Source of the DNA: Octopus sinensis
Taxonomy: Eukaryota
Length of the DNA stretch: 64,000 nucleotides
Reading direction: 5' to 3'
NCBI RefSeq assembly: GCF_006345805.1
Contig: NC_043000.1
Coordinates: 100,688,001 to 100,752,000, forward strand
Shown here: in pieces, positions 50,894 to 64,000 of the stretch
Layout: each line of letters begins with the position of its first letter
Numbering within the stretch: position 1 is the stretch's first letter
Position numbers and translations under genes: made by a program
The notes under the pieces: generated by a model
Told to the model about the DNA's origin: nothing
Databases searched by the model: none
The model's input: only the letters and a program-made list of their open reading frames with translations

Positions 50894-50950
<57 letters not shown>
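49780..50950. repeat. Tandem duplication, period about 581 bp, two copies
   Basis: Unique segments appear identical in both copies; only microsatellite lengths differ. Confidence 0.9.
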
Positions 50951-50951
<1 letters not shown>

Positions 50952-51103
50952 GAATAAAAGGAGAACAAAGCCAAGGCTGTATGGGATTTTCAGGACATTT
51001 ATGAAGAGAAAGCATGTACCACGTGAGGGCGTGCATGTACAATGTCCTCACGTTGTCGTTTTTTCTAGTCCCTTTTTTGATTAACTATATATACATATAT
51101 GTC

Positions 51104-51656
51104 CAGTAATGTCTCGATATACAAGTTAATTTGTTCCCGGAGACCGCTCGTAAAGCGACAACTCGTAAAACAGACCAATATTTTTCTCATAGTAACAATG
51201 TTATAAATCTTAATTCCTTCCTAGAAAAATATTCTACGAATAAAATTTATAATAGTCGTAAATAAATGGCAATAAAACAACAGTAGAATGTTAAGAATAT
51301 TTTATGTAAAGTAAAAAGAATGTCAAGATCATTTATAATATGAAATATTATTATCATAATCGTTTTCTGAATCACATTTACTCGTACGAGGCTCGCGCAC
51401 ACCATCACTTGTAGACACGACCATCGATTCTTAAGCATTCGTAGACGGACCTATAGATTTCTTTTTAAAAATAGAAGCCTAGAGTTGTTTGCTTAGAAAA
51501 GGCCTTTTTTTTTTGCTCTCTATAAATATCTCAGTAACACGCAGAAGTATTTGTTATGGCAGTAGAAACTTTTGCACTTCGTTCCCAAAATGACTGTTAA
51601 CTTTTTCAAAAGCCGGTGTCTCGTAAAGTGGGTCCTCGTAAAGCGAGATATTACTG
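51104..51656. mobile_element. Tigger/pogo-type MITE
   Basis: TIRs cagtaatgtctcgatatacaag / cctcgtaaagcgagatattactg; no ORF. Confidence 0.75.
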
Positions 51657-52449
51657 TGTATGTATGTATGTATATATATATATATATATATATGCAGTAC
51701 ATACATATATACATATGTATGTGTACGCAGACACATATATAGAGAGGTAATGTATATATGTATATGTGAATGTAAACGTGAGCATGTTTGTGGGAATGCT
51801 GAGTGTTTTTCATAGCTTTGTACTTTTAAAAAAGTTTTTAGGTTATACAGACCTACGTACGCACGCAAATATATGATACACACACACACACACACACACG
51901 CACGCACACACAGACATAAATGTATTAGTCTATCATGGTTGCAGCTATGTATACAATATCTTTATTAGCATAAAATTATTCGCTATTTTGGCCCTTTCTT
52001 TTCTCGTTCCTTTCACTCATAACTTACCTCCTGTGAATCACATCTTGTTTACAAAAACCGATCTTTGTTGTCTGCTCTTATTTCTTTCGCTGTTTTTCTG
52101 ACTATAAATTAGTATGACTTTCTTTTCACAATAACGATTTCCAATACTATTGAGCAGTAAACCACTCCTTTTGAAGATGTCAAAAAATTTCCTACGTAAA
52201 AATATACCTGAATAACATTCTCAATGAATTATAGTCTAAATTTCTGTATTTCTTGTAATCTAAATGTAATCCTGAAGTAAAATTGACACGCCATTGTGTA
52301 TGACAAGCCATCGTGTATAGTAACCGAACTAGCGGGGCAAGGTAGGTCGAATTATAGGTAGGATACAGAGTCAGAGAAGAGATGAGGAGAAGGGAGGGGA
52401 TGCTGTTGAGGAGGAGATGAGAGAGAGAGAGAAAGAGAGGGAGAGAGAA

Positions 52450-52615
52450 GACTTGATGGGCTTCTATTCAGTTTTTGTCAACCCGATTTCACTCACGAAT
52501 CTTAGATGCACCTGAGGCTACTGAAAAGGAAATATGCTTAAGACGTCGCAGTGGAATCGAAATCTGGAACTCACGATTGGGTAAACTTTATAACCATTCA
52601 ACCACACCTGCGCCG
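52450..52615 (-). mobile_element. SINE family 1, highly diverged 5' half
   Basis: gggcttctattcagttttt...cgcagtggaatcgaa...ccacacctgcgcc. Confidence 0.55.
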
Positions 52616-52894
52616 ATTACATACATATATACATACAAATTTACATAATACATACATAAATACATACATTCGTGGACAACAGTCTTCCTAATCTTCATCA
52701 GCGAAGCCAAACCAAGACATACATTGATAAAAAAACATACACATCAGGAATTATGCTGGTAAAAGAAAATCTGTGAAAAATAGGATCCTTAGGCTGAGGA
52801 AGAGACCAGCTAAAATATAACTTCACAAATACAATGGAGCAGTAGGAATAAGCAAAACTTTTTATAAAATTCAGCATGAAACAATGTTGTCATT

Positions 52895-52975
52895 TAAATT
52901 CCAATCGTGGAGCTTGTTTCTTGGTTACAAACCAACTCTTTCCTTATAGGAATAATTTTAGAAAATAGACATACA
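52895..52975 (+). mobile_element. 3' UTR stub of a CATA-associated R4/Dong LINE
   Basis: ttccaatcgtggagcttgtttcttggttacaaaccaactctttcc matches the 3' UTR motif at 11305, 53995 and 54510; ends in catacatac. Confidence 0.5.
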
Positions 52976-53001
52976 TACTGCATGCATGCATACATACATA
53001 C

Positions 53002-53600
53002 ATTATTATGGCTGCCCCCTCGTTATCGAGTATGGCCATTGCACGAAGCTTAACTGTTACTGGTGCTGTGATCGAATGTGACTTTTTAGCCCAGCTAAAG
53101 ATCTACAATGTCTTGTACAAAATTGGCAACTAAAACATTTACTGGTAATAGTAGGCTGTAGTTGTAAGTGGGCTTCATGTACCTTTGCATGCTGTTTAAG
53201 TCCGCCTGCCGAATTACACTCTCTTCCACATGCCCGACAGATATCATTAATATGGTGTGTTACACCACCACCAGTGGCCAGGTTGTCACTCATCTGTCTC
53301 GTTTTATGACTACGAAGACGACTCATGAGTCCAGCTTTACTGAGGCAGGGTCTTGCACAGACATTGCATGTCAGAATCAAAGGAAGACCCTTCCCTTCTG
53401 GAAGTGTAACAGCGATGCCCTTCCTGACATCCCTCCTTACTTTCTCATGTGCAACTCGAGATTTCTCAAACGTGGCTGTCCCCCCATGCACAATCCTTCT
53501 CCACCTGCTACGATCAATAGCTATGCCTTCCCATGTGTCAGGAGAGATGCAAGCATCTCTTAAGGAAGCCTTCAGCAAGTCCTTATACCTCTTTTTTGGA
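53002..53600 (-). mobile_element. RTE-clade (BovB-like) LINE 3' end with three C2H2-type fingers
   Basis: KKRYKDLLKASL...WEGIAIDRSRWR...G...FE..R; CNVC..KAGLMSRLRSH, CRAC..GGLKQHAKVH, CQFC..AGLKSHIRSQH*; (TATG)n on both sides. Confidence 0.88.
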
Positions 53601-53662
53601 CATACATACATACATACATACATACATACATACATACATACATAGATACATACATACATACA

Positions 53663-53693
<31 letters not shown>

Positions 53694-53719
53694 GTATATA
53701 TTTCTTTTTTTTTTTTTTT

Positions 53720-54075
53720 GAAAATCAAAGAAAAAGAGGATATCTATGGACAACTGCTTCGAAACCCCCAGCTTCTATATCCAGACTATGAATTCATATC
53801 ATACCAATAATAATTGGAGCAATAGGTTTTGTTAGTAAATGTTTAAAGGAGAATCTAGATAAACTGTGATTTTCAGAAAACGAAGTCAACCAGCTAATTC
53901 CTACATTACAAGTGCAATCTGTGAGTGGAACAGTAAAAATGTGCAAGAATTTTCTCAAGTTCCAAATGTAAATTTGTCTGTGTTAACTACATCCCAAAGA
54001 TGGAGCCTTGTATCTTTGTTAGAAATCAGCTCGCTTCTCAGTGGAACATTTATAATAATTAAAAAAATAGAAGAG
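53720..54075 (+). mobile_element. R4/Dong lineage A, 3' end
   Basis: Colinear with 11030-11370 (EKEDIYGQLLRN...IIIGAIG...CKNFLKFQM*) plus UTR, followed by (CATA)n. Confidence 0.8.
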
Positions 54076-54144
54076 ACATACATACATACATACATACATA
54101 CATACATACATACATACATACATACATACATACATACATACATA

Positions 54145-54600
54145 CACACTACCTAAATACCAATCTTGAGAAATTAGGCTTCTCAAAACCAGAAAGGACA
54201 AAACTGATTCAAAGACTATAGATCCAAGCCATCACTGGAACTGTAAAAATCTGTGAAACTTCCCAGAAGTTTATCATTGCTGCGTGCTTTTAATTTTCTC
54301 TCTTAAGCGAGAAAATCCAATGGAGCATCATATTTTCAATATTTATTTATTTATATTGTGTATAGGATCCACCATCTATATTTAATAATCCAAATATATA
54401 TGACTATGCCTAGATATACATGTATATGCATGAGAAGACATACATAAAGCAAAACCTACAAACGTGCATGTATACATACATGCATACACACCCTGTTTAT
54501 GTTGCTGAAATTCCAATGAAGGAGCCTTGAATCTAGATTAGAAACCGGCTCTTTCTCTATCGGAAAATCTTAAAGTAAAACTAAATAATGACACATACAT
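54145..54600 (+). mobile_element. R4/Dong lineage B, 3' end with 117-bp insertion
   Basis: Colinear with 12745-12960; 3' UTR ends aataatgacacatacat; insert at 54279-54395. Confidence 0.8.
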
Positions 54601-54739
54601 ATATACATACATTATACTGGTTATAAATTATTAATACCTCTTTTTTTTTACATGAAAAAATGTAAAATCTATGTGAAATGATCTGCAAATCGGTTAGATT
54701 GTACAATGCTGATGATATCTTATAGACCGAAACAAATAT

Positions 54740-55750
54740 CTAGTGATGTCCCGTGCTTGCAAGCAAAACTCAGACTAAATTTCCTCAATGCCTGTAAATT
54801 AATTTGAGAAAGTGAATTCTTAATATCTGGCAATTGTCTCCCCTTACTTTGAAAATCATTAAAAAATGGCTACGTGCTTTTAATTTTCTCTCTTAAGCGA
54901 GAAAATTCAATGAAGCATTATATTTTCAATATTTATTTATTTATATTGTGAATAGGATTCACCATTTATACTTAATAATCCAAATTCTTGCAAATGTCCC
55001 TTGTAAATTTTATTTTTGATCATACATACGTGTATACATACATACAAGCAAAACGCCCCCCACCTCCAATGGACGGTGCTGAGTTGTCAAACACTTAAAC
55101 CAAATTTTCGCAAAACAACTTGTCCGACCGTCCCATAAGCCTCCCCTTTGAGAAACACTGATTTAACCTAAATTTGAGACACCAGCAAAGAAGAAATAAA
55201 GATAGACATTTTTGGATTCCAAAATAAAAACGATTTTATTCACACAAATATACAACCAAAGAGTTTAAAGTACCAGTAATGATAAGGCTGTTGACTGGAA
55301 GAACACAAACATGGTTTAAACAGTAAACTTGGCAGGTAAGAAACGTGCCCTTAAGCAGTAGAAAAACAGCAAAAAATGGAAGGTGCAGTTTTGTACAGGT
55401 TGACGGAAGAAAAGCAGGACAAAAACGATGCACGCAAATGGGTTAGCTGGAGGTAAATCTAGATGGAAAAGCATGATGATTTTTTTGCACAAACTGCACG
55501 TGCATTTTTCTCGCGTACGCGTAGTATCAATCGCAACAGCTGATGTACTTGCGCGTACAAATGCACGTTCCCACGGCTTTATCGATCGCATTCTCATCTG
55601 GAATCGATTTTTGTAATTTTTTCAAGACTTATACACGACCTGATGCCGTCGGTATCTACATATCAAATTTGAGCACAATCGGATGGAGGATGCTAGAGAT
55701 CCTAGAAGACATACACACACCGACAGACAGAACGGATTTTATATAATAGA
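54740..55750 (+). mobile_element. Helitron/Helentron-like non-autonomous element
   Basis: 3' 170 bp shared with 3170-3345; subterminal inverted repeat acgtgcattt/aaatgcacgt; 5' boundary (ctagt..cccgtgct) is a guess. Confidence 0.45.
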
Positions 55751-55941
55751 TATGCATCCAGACATAATACATGCAGAAGTACATAATTCCATACACAGAC
55801 TCTCAGACTCTCCTGTCGTAGACGAGAGGCGAGTGTTCTGCAATATCTTGTTGAATGACCTGCACAAATTATTTATTTATAGTGATCAAATATATATGTG
55901 CTGCAAACAAATCTGCTTTTAAACTATCAACAATATTTGTT

Positions 55942-56070
55942 AAGGCGGTGAGCTGGCAGAATCGTTAGTCCACCGGGCAAAATGCTTAGTGCCATTTCGT
56001 TCTGAGTTCAAATTCCTCTGAGGCCGACTTTGCCTTTCATCCCTTCGAGATCGATAAAGTAAATACCAGT
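55942..56070 (+). mobile_element. SINE family 2, 5' part
   Basis: aaggcggtgagctggcagaatcgttag...gagttcaaattcc...gactttgcctttcatccc. Confidence 0.8.
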
Positions 56071-56241
56071 CACCCAAAACTGCTAATCTTGTGGCAAAAT
56101 ACCAGTATTTCCATGTGTTTCTGTTATATGAACATCCGTCTGTCTGTTTGTCTATCTACTAATATCGCTATCTCTCTGCCTGTCTATCTGTCTGTCAGTT
56201 TATCCATTTATTCATCTGTCTGACTATTTCTATCTACCCAC

Positions 56242-56315
<74 letters not shown>

Positions 56316-56828
56316 GTCTGTCTATCTATCTATCTATTTATTTATCTTTTCTTATTTTCTCTACTATTTTCTTTCCTACGTCTTATATGAACTCTGCAAC
56401 TCTCACTCGCTACATCTCTCTAAGCCCACACTTCATTTTGTGTACTATCTGCCCCAATCTCACCCACACTCTCTCTCTTTCTCTCACACACACACACACA
56501 CACACATGTACTGCTGTCCTATTATTTCCCACATAGCGTAACAAGCTTGCTATGCCGTATAGGCACAGCCTGAGGATTGCGCGAAGACACCAGAAGTGTT
56601 AAAAAATAGTGTCTGAGGTGTTTTCATCACATGAAACTAATAAGGCTCATGAAGATATATATTGTGCTTATTAAATTACACACGCACACACACATACACT
56701 CACAGAGACCCACACAGGTAAGATAGTGCAACATCTTATCTTATCTATGTACTAAAGGTGTAAGAATGCGCCAAAATAATTGTAATGGTTTAAAATAAAG
56801 TATGTCAGTTCCATTTTCTATCATTTGT

Positions 56829-56898
<70 letters not shown>

Positions 56899-56915
56899 AC
56901 TCTCTCTCTCACTCA

Positions 56916-56950
<35 letters not shown>

Positions 56951-57799
56951 AATGGAACAAAAACCTAATAGAGGGCATTGAAACGTTCGGACATATAGAC
57001 GACACAAAGGTGGACAAGACAAAAACAACAATTAGAAGGACAGGCAAAAAAGACGGGTCATTCTTGGCTTTCTTTCTTCAGTCAAGTACCAGAAGTCACG
57101 ACCATTTCAGACAGTTACACTTGAGATGGTTCGATCTAGTCATCAAAAAAGTCTAAGCTAAGAGCATTTGATTCCTTTGTAAGAAAGCTCGCGAATGTGT
57201 ACGGCAACAAAAACAAAAACAACCCCCCCCCCCCAAAAAAAAAAACGGAGAACATAGTACAGAATTACGAATACAAACAGCAAGAAATAACAACAGGCGT
57301 CTTTCGACTGAGAACGATTCAAATTGAGCTGGCATGTATGGAGTGAAAGCCTAAAGGCAGGAACATATATATATATATATTCATACATGCATATCTTTCT
57401 TCTCTTTTTTTCTTTCTGCTTCTGTCTCCCTCTCTCTCTCTCTCTCCCCTCCCTCTTTTACACTCTCACCGCTCCTATCCTCCTACACTATCTCTTCATA
57501 TTTAATTTTAACTTTCCCTCCTACCCTCTCAAGAGCTCCCACTTGCAAACTCTCCTCTCTCTCTCTCCCTCTCTTCCTCCCTCTCTCTCTCTCTCTCTCT
57601 GCTCCATCTACCTACCTGTTACTCTCCCCTCGCCACCTTTACCTTTTATCATATTCTCGTCCTTCATTACACCCACCTGTATATAGTGATCAAATTAATT
57701 ATTGACTCATACAATCACTTCCCCCACCAATCACCAGTCTCTTCCTTTCTTTTGCAGGCACCAACTCTAACCGTTTCCACATTCACCCACCTCTTTGCC

Positions 57800-59620
57800 T
57801 AACATATATGTTGCGAAATTGGAACATCGTTTCTTCGCTCATCGTCACAGCCACCGCCACCATCCCAAACGCCAACAGAATAATCATTATCATCATCATC
57901 AGCATCGCTATCAGCACGACCGTAATCAACATCATCGTTAAAACACTTGCAGCCAACGCCCTCATCATCATCATCATCATCATCATCATGGTGTCTTCGT
58001 TGTCATCACCTTCATCGTCATCGCCTTCGTCGTTATCGTCTTCGTCGTCGTCATCATCAAGTTCGTTGTTATCATCATTATCATCGTCTTCGTCGTCGTC
58101 GTCAACGTCATCATCATCATCATCCTTCTCCGCCTCCCCATTCTCCCCTTCCCTCCCATCCTTCTCCTTCCTCCCCATCCTCCACCCCATGCTCCTCCCC
58201 GGTACCTCCTCCTCTCCTATCCTCCTCTATCCTCCTCCTCCACTTTTCCTCCTCTATCATTATCATCATCATCATTCTCATCCTCAGCCTCCCCCCTCCT
58301 TTTTCATCATCATCATCCTTCTCCGCCTCCCCATTCTCCCCTTCCCTCCCATCCTTCTCCTTCCTCCCCATCCTCCACCCCATGCTCTCCCCGGTACCTC
58401 TCCTCTCTATCCTCCTCTATCCTCCTCCTCCACATTTTCCTCCTCTATCATTATCATCATCATCATTATCATCCTCAGCCTCCCCCCTCCTTTTTCATCA
58501 TCATCATCCTCTCCGCTCCCCATTCTCCCGTTCCCTCCATCCTTCTCCTTCCTCCCCATCCTCCACCCCATGCTCATCATTATCATCATCATCATCATTA
58601 TCATCATCATCATCATCGTCGTCATCATCATCATCACCACCATCACCATCATCATTATCATCATCATCATCATCATTGTCATCATCACCTTTGTCGGGCG
58701 TCATTACCTGCAGCCTTATAGCAGCCTGTTGTTGTTGCTCCATTTATGCAATTTCCTCACGTCTAACTTCCCCACCCCACCCCGCCACACACAGATCTTT
58801 ACCTAACGCCACCACCACTACCATTAATAACACCGCCGCCAGTACCATTATCACCATTGCCACAACCATCACTACCACCACCACCACCACCACCACAATC
58901 ACCACCACCATCACAACCACCACCATCAATGCTACAACCATCACCTTCCCACCACCACCACCATTACCACAACTGCTACAACCATCACCTCCCCATCATC
59001 ATCACCACCACCACCTCTATCATATCCTCCACCACCACCACCACCACCACCACCACAATCACCACCACCATCACAACCACCACCACCACCATTACCACAA
59101 CTGCTACAACCATCATCATCATCACCACCACCACCATATCCACCACCACATCTATCATATCCACCATCACCACCACCACCACCACCACCACCACCACCAC
59201 CACCACCACCACTACCACCACCACCATTACCGCCGCCGCCGCTGCCGCCACTACCGCCACCATCACTACTACTGCTACAATCATCACCTTCCCCCATCAC
59301 TACCATCACCAGCACTGCTACAACCTTGACCTCCCACCACCGCCACTGCCACCACCACCACCACATCCACCACCACATCCACCACCACCACCACATCCAC
59401 CACCACCACCACATCCACCACCACTACCTCTTATTATTGTCATCATTACCGTCAGCCGCATTGCCATCGTCATCATCATTATCATCACCCGCCATCTTCT
59501 TTTGCTGTTGTCGTCGTCGTCATTACAGCTACTACTACTATTACAACTAACACACCACCACACGACTAGTTTAGCTGTCAACATTTTACCTATCATCATC
59601 ATCATCATCATCATAATCAT

Positions 59621-59661
<41 letters not shown>

Positions 59662-60260
59662 GCGCCACCACCATCACCACATCCACCCTCCACCACCTCT
59701 GCGACTAAAACCCTTGGCTGATAATATCAGTGACTATTACTAGCAAATACGCCAACTCACTACCGTTATCACCACCACCACCACCACCACTACTACTACT
59801 ACTACCAATACAACCGTCACCACCAATACCACCACCACCACCACCACCACAGCCATCATTACTACCACCACTCATCACTATTACTCCCACCATCAGCATC
59901 ACCACCACCACCACAACTGCCGCCGTTACTACTACTACTACTACTACTACTACTATCAGCATCACCGCTGCCGCCACCCTTTTTTTTTTACCTGGCACGT
60001 AATCCATTACCACAACACCTTACCAAACCGACCGAACCCAACTATTTAAATGCACAACCACCAAACCATACCAAGCCAACCATTTACTTTCAACCGAATC
60101 TACCAAGCTCACCTGCACTACCACCACCACCACCACCACCACCATCACCACCACCAATATCACCACCTCCACCACCAATACCACCACCACCACCACCAGC
60201 GCCGCTCCCGTCACCAACGTCATCACCACAACTACCACCACCACCACCACCACTACAAAT
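57800..60260. repeat. Long low-complexity (CAT/CAC/CCT)n region including a roughly 192-bp minisatellite at 58110-58575
   Basis: Directly visible; the long ORFs (332, 460 and 283 aa) are homopolymer read-throughs in several frames. Confidence 0.95.
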
Positions 60261-60335
60261 CCGATTCAGTCCAATTAAATCACTATTCTTCTCTCATTCT
60301 CCTTCCAATACTCATTCTTTCTCTCTGTCTCTTCA

Positions 60336-60374
<39 letters not shown>

Positions 60375-60645
60375 GTATGTGTGTATACGTGCGTGCGAGC
60401 GTGTGTACATGCGTGTGTACGTGTGTGTGTGTGTGTGTGAGTGTACGTGTCTTTATGTACGTGTGTGTGAGTATATATATATATATAGATACACATATAT
60501 ATATATATATAGATACACATATATACACACATATATATACATATACATATATATATATATATGTATGTATATATACTACTCAGACTTTTTTACCTTGTCA
60601 TTTACCGATTCACTTTACCTCTTTCCCCTACTCCGTCAATCTCTT

Positions 60646-60692
<47 letters not shown>

Positions 60693-61433
60693 GAGCCTGC
60701 CAACTTTTCTTTTTCCATCCCTCTCTCATCATCATTTTTCCCTCTTCCATTTATCGATTCACTCCCCTAATAACCCCCCCCCCATCCCTCTCTTTTTCTC
60801 CCTTTAAAACTTACAACTCCCTCTCCACCTTCCTCATCCTTCGACTCTTTCTCCTCCGTCATTTATTGATTCTACACCTTCGCTTCTCTCTTATTCTCTC
60901 GCTCTGTCTCTCTCGCTCTCATTTTTACTCTCTCTCTATCTCCCTATCTTCCTCTCTTTTTCTTTCTCATACTTTTCTCTGCCTTTCTGCCAATTATTGA
61001 TTCACTTACTCTCTTTCTTTCTTCCTTCTTTCACTTTTCTTCCCACCTCACCGTTTCTTATCTTTCTTTCTCTCACGGCATTCTCTTGACATCCTTACTT
61101 CTCTCCACCCCCACCCACACACACACACTCATATACACATACACACAGACAAGTATACGCAGACGTGAACAACGGGACCCCCTACATAGTTGATAGACCT
61201 GCTAGAAATATCAGCTAGGTATCACTGAAATCGTTAGACTTTAAAAGGATAAGACACACATATTGGATATCACATACAAAAAAAAAAAAAATTAATAAAA
61301 TAAGACCGAATACTCTTTGATGGAACATCGCTGATCATAGTACAGCCATATCAGGCTGGCCAAAAACTAAATAATAACAAACACTTCACTTTATCATTAT
61401 TCTTACAGGCACCGCTTGCTCTATATTTTACAG

Positions 61434-61551
<118 letters not shown>

Positions 61552-61841
61552 TTTTCTGTCTGCCTGTCTATCTATCTACTTCTCTCTCTCACTCTCTCTC
61601 TTTATCTCTTTATCTCACTCTTATATCTTACACTTTTTCTTCCCCGCTTCTCAGTATAATTTGTAGCTGTAGGTAAAGTCTGTACGGAAGCACGAAACCT
61701 AGAGTGTTCACAAAGGGGGGAAGCCTGACCTTTAGATAAATGAATAGAATCTGTTTTATGTAGTTAGTACCTTTCTTACTACTTCAACCGGTTGCAAAGT
61801 CAGGCACACGTATCCCCCTATGTGTGTGTGTGTGTGTGTGT

Positions 61842-61872
<31 letters not shown>

Positions 61873-61917
61873 GTGTGTATGAACGTATACATTTGTGTTT
61901 CTGTGTTTGTATTGTGC

Positions 61918-61961
<44 letters not shown>

Positions 61962-61984
61962 CTATCTATCTATCTATCTATCTA

Positions 61985-62027
<43 letters not shown>

Positions 62028-63860
62028 AGGCAAGGAAAAATTGTAAAAAGGCAGAATGCTAAATTGTAGGTAAATTTTAATGAAAATGGGTGTATGGAAA
62101 ATTTTTAAAAATTAAAAAAATTTTTTTTTTTTTAAATATATTAACTCTAACCGGTTTTCGTTGTAATGCGACTTTTCAGGAATTGTAAGGTGAAAAGAAA
62201 TTTTTTTTATAATTGAGGAGGGGGAAAAAGAAAATGACATTGTTTTTTGCAAAAAAATAATAAACATATGCAAAAATTAAAAAATAGGTACACCGATACA
62301 TTGTAAAGTCTTTGTGTATCTCGAGTTCAATGATAGTTCTTGGAAAAATTACCTTGGAGGATTAAGATTCATGTGATTAAATCCATGTGGTGTTTAATTT
62401 AGGATGTTTGTTAAATGAATGTCAAAACAGGAAATGGGGTATATATATATGAATATGTATGTACATATGTGTATGTATATACGCCGTATAAAACTGTGGC
62501 CCGGTCAGTAGTACTGACAGCGACCAGATAGCCAGGTAACGTCTGTGCGACGGAAATTATGAAATATTGCCACACGTCAAGGAATAAATAAGAAGTGAAT
62601 TTAACAGTTTTTGTGTATTTTAGATGGTTAAAATGGCTCTTCTACAGTGTAACTGCTTCAATTTTAAATCCTATCCCAGATCAAGTCACTTGCCAGTCAA
62701 GTACACATCTTTATGCAGTAGAAACACAGTGATCGATACTCAATATAGAGTGTAATACAATGTAACCTAATATACATGTGCGAATATCCCCGCATAAGCC
62801 AAATGGATGCACAAACATTTATATTGAATAAATATTAATTTTATATTCATGAGTTTCATATAACTCTGTGCAATCGTCGGTGAGGGAAAATGGATATGGA
62901 TTCTACAAATATTGTATTTTATGTTATATCTTTTATTCATTCTTTTTTAAGATTCAATAAAATAAGGAAAAAGCAGAGTTATTCTTGGTGGCACCCAAGA
63001 TATAGAAGTTTGTACGAGTGACTATAACACTGGCTACTGGCAAAAAAAAACACACATTTTTTGGATAGAAGAGATTATTGCATGACTGTAGTTGATTAAA
63101 TCAACCCTAACATCTGGCCGTGAAAGTATGAAAACCAAAATGTAAATAAATTTTAACATAGATATTAAAGGTACCTAACTTAGTAATTATAACAAGGGTT
63201 GTGATGTGCTGCATTGTAGTAAACCTTGACAGTTTATTGAAGAGGAAAATAAACAGCAACATTAGAGACATACGTTAATTGAAACTACATCAGATGACAA
63301 CCGTACTCTGGCTGGGGAGATAACATATTTGAGGTACCAGAATCTTGGTATTGACATAAGGAACAACAACGTAATGATGACGTAAGAACATTCATATTCT
63401 TAATGATACTTATAATCATAAACTCCGATGATGACGATGACGACAACAACGATGATAATAACGACGATGACCGTGATAAGAGCATTGTTTTGTGTCCTAT
63501 TTAAAAAGATAACCACCATATCATAACATATAAACCCGATATAGAAATATGCTTTTAGTCATAGATAAGTAGGCATACATGCATGAACACACACAGACAC
63601 ACACACACACAACGGATAAGAGTTGTGTGTGTAAGAGACGACAGCTGCCAATACAGGATAGTGGAGTTTAATGTTTGATAGTATAATACTATAAGTGTGT
63701 GTTAGCTTCTGTTGCTAGAATCTGTGTGCCGGCTTCGTGTAAGTTATGCCCCGTTAAATCTGGGTTGTTGTTTCTTAAGAAATTAAAGAAGTCTCTATCC
63801 GACGAAGCCTCTATCACACGGTATAATAAACAAAAAGTATTGTCCATAGTGTTCCTGCAG

Positions 63861-63915
63861 GTCGTTGTCCAACAACTGACACTAGAAAATGATATGATAA
63901 ACAGGTTCCTGGATA
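63861..63915 (+). CDS. Possible isolated 55-nt internal exon (VVVQQLTLENDMINRFLD), product unknown
   Basis: ttcctgcag acceptor, GTAAGT donor and one open frame; no homology recognised, so this could be chance. Confidence 0.15.
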
Positions 63916-64000
63916 GTAAGTAGGTGTTCTTGGACAGTAAGTAGGTGTATCGTACATTCTCTCATTATTTTATTCATATTTGACATTTCTTCCAATTTCA

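Noticed and set aside
57808-61000. Long ORFs of 283-460 aa
   Set aside because: Pure trinucleotide or dinucleotide read-through; open in several frames and on both strands with homopolymeric products.
62487-62545. TATAAAA plus TCAGT plus cag|gtaacg as promoter and first exon
   Set aside because: TATA-to-Inr spacing is only about 20 bp; such motifs are common in AT-rich DNA.

Overview
Eukaryotic, AT-rich, extremely microsatellite-rich DNA. The SINE, LINE and Penelope families look like those of coleoid cephalopods, most likely Octopus; this is recognition from memory, not a database result. I found no convincing host protein-coding gene, rRNA, true tRNA or CRISPR array, so the window reads as intergenic or deep-intronic. 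Nearly all listed ORFs are microsatellite read-throughs or fragments of decayed transposons. The window holds three tRNA-headed SINE families (about 25 copies or fragments), many R4/Dong-clade LINE fragments, one GC-rich Tx1/L1-clade LINE, RTE and CR1 fragments, Penelope-like elements with hammerhead-ribozyme-like motifs, mariner, Tigger and hAT DNA transposons, Helitron-like ends and a Gypsy gag scrap. The most interesting signal is that LINE lineages appear to partition microsatellite types as insertion sites: TAA-type, CATA, TATG and TCTA. Also notable are a SINE whose 3' tail matches the Tx1 3' end, a mariner built from two inward-facing left ends, and several long fold-back structures. 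Frequent 1-bp indels in repeats and coding remnants suggest some long-read assembly error, so frameshifts and the 581-bp tandem duplication need read-level checking. Coordinates were counted by hand and element boundaries are approximate.
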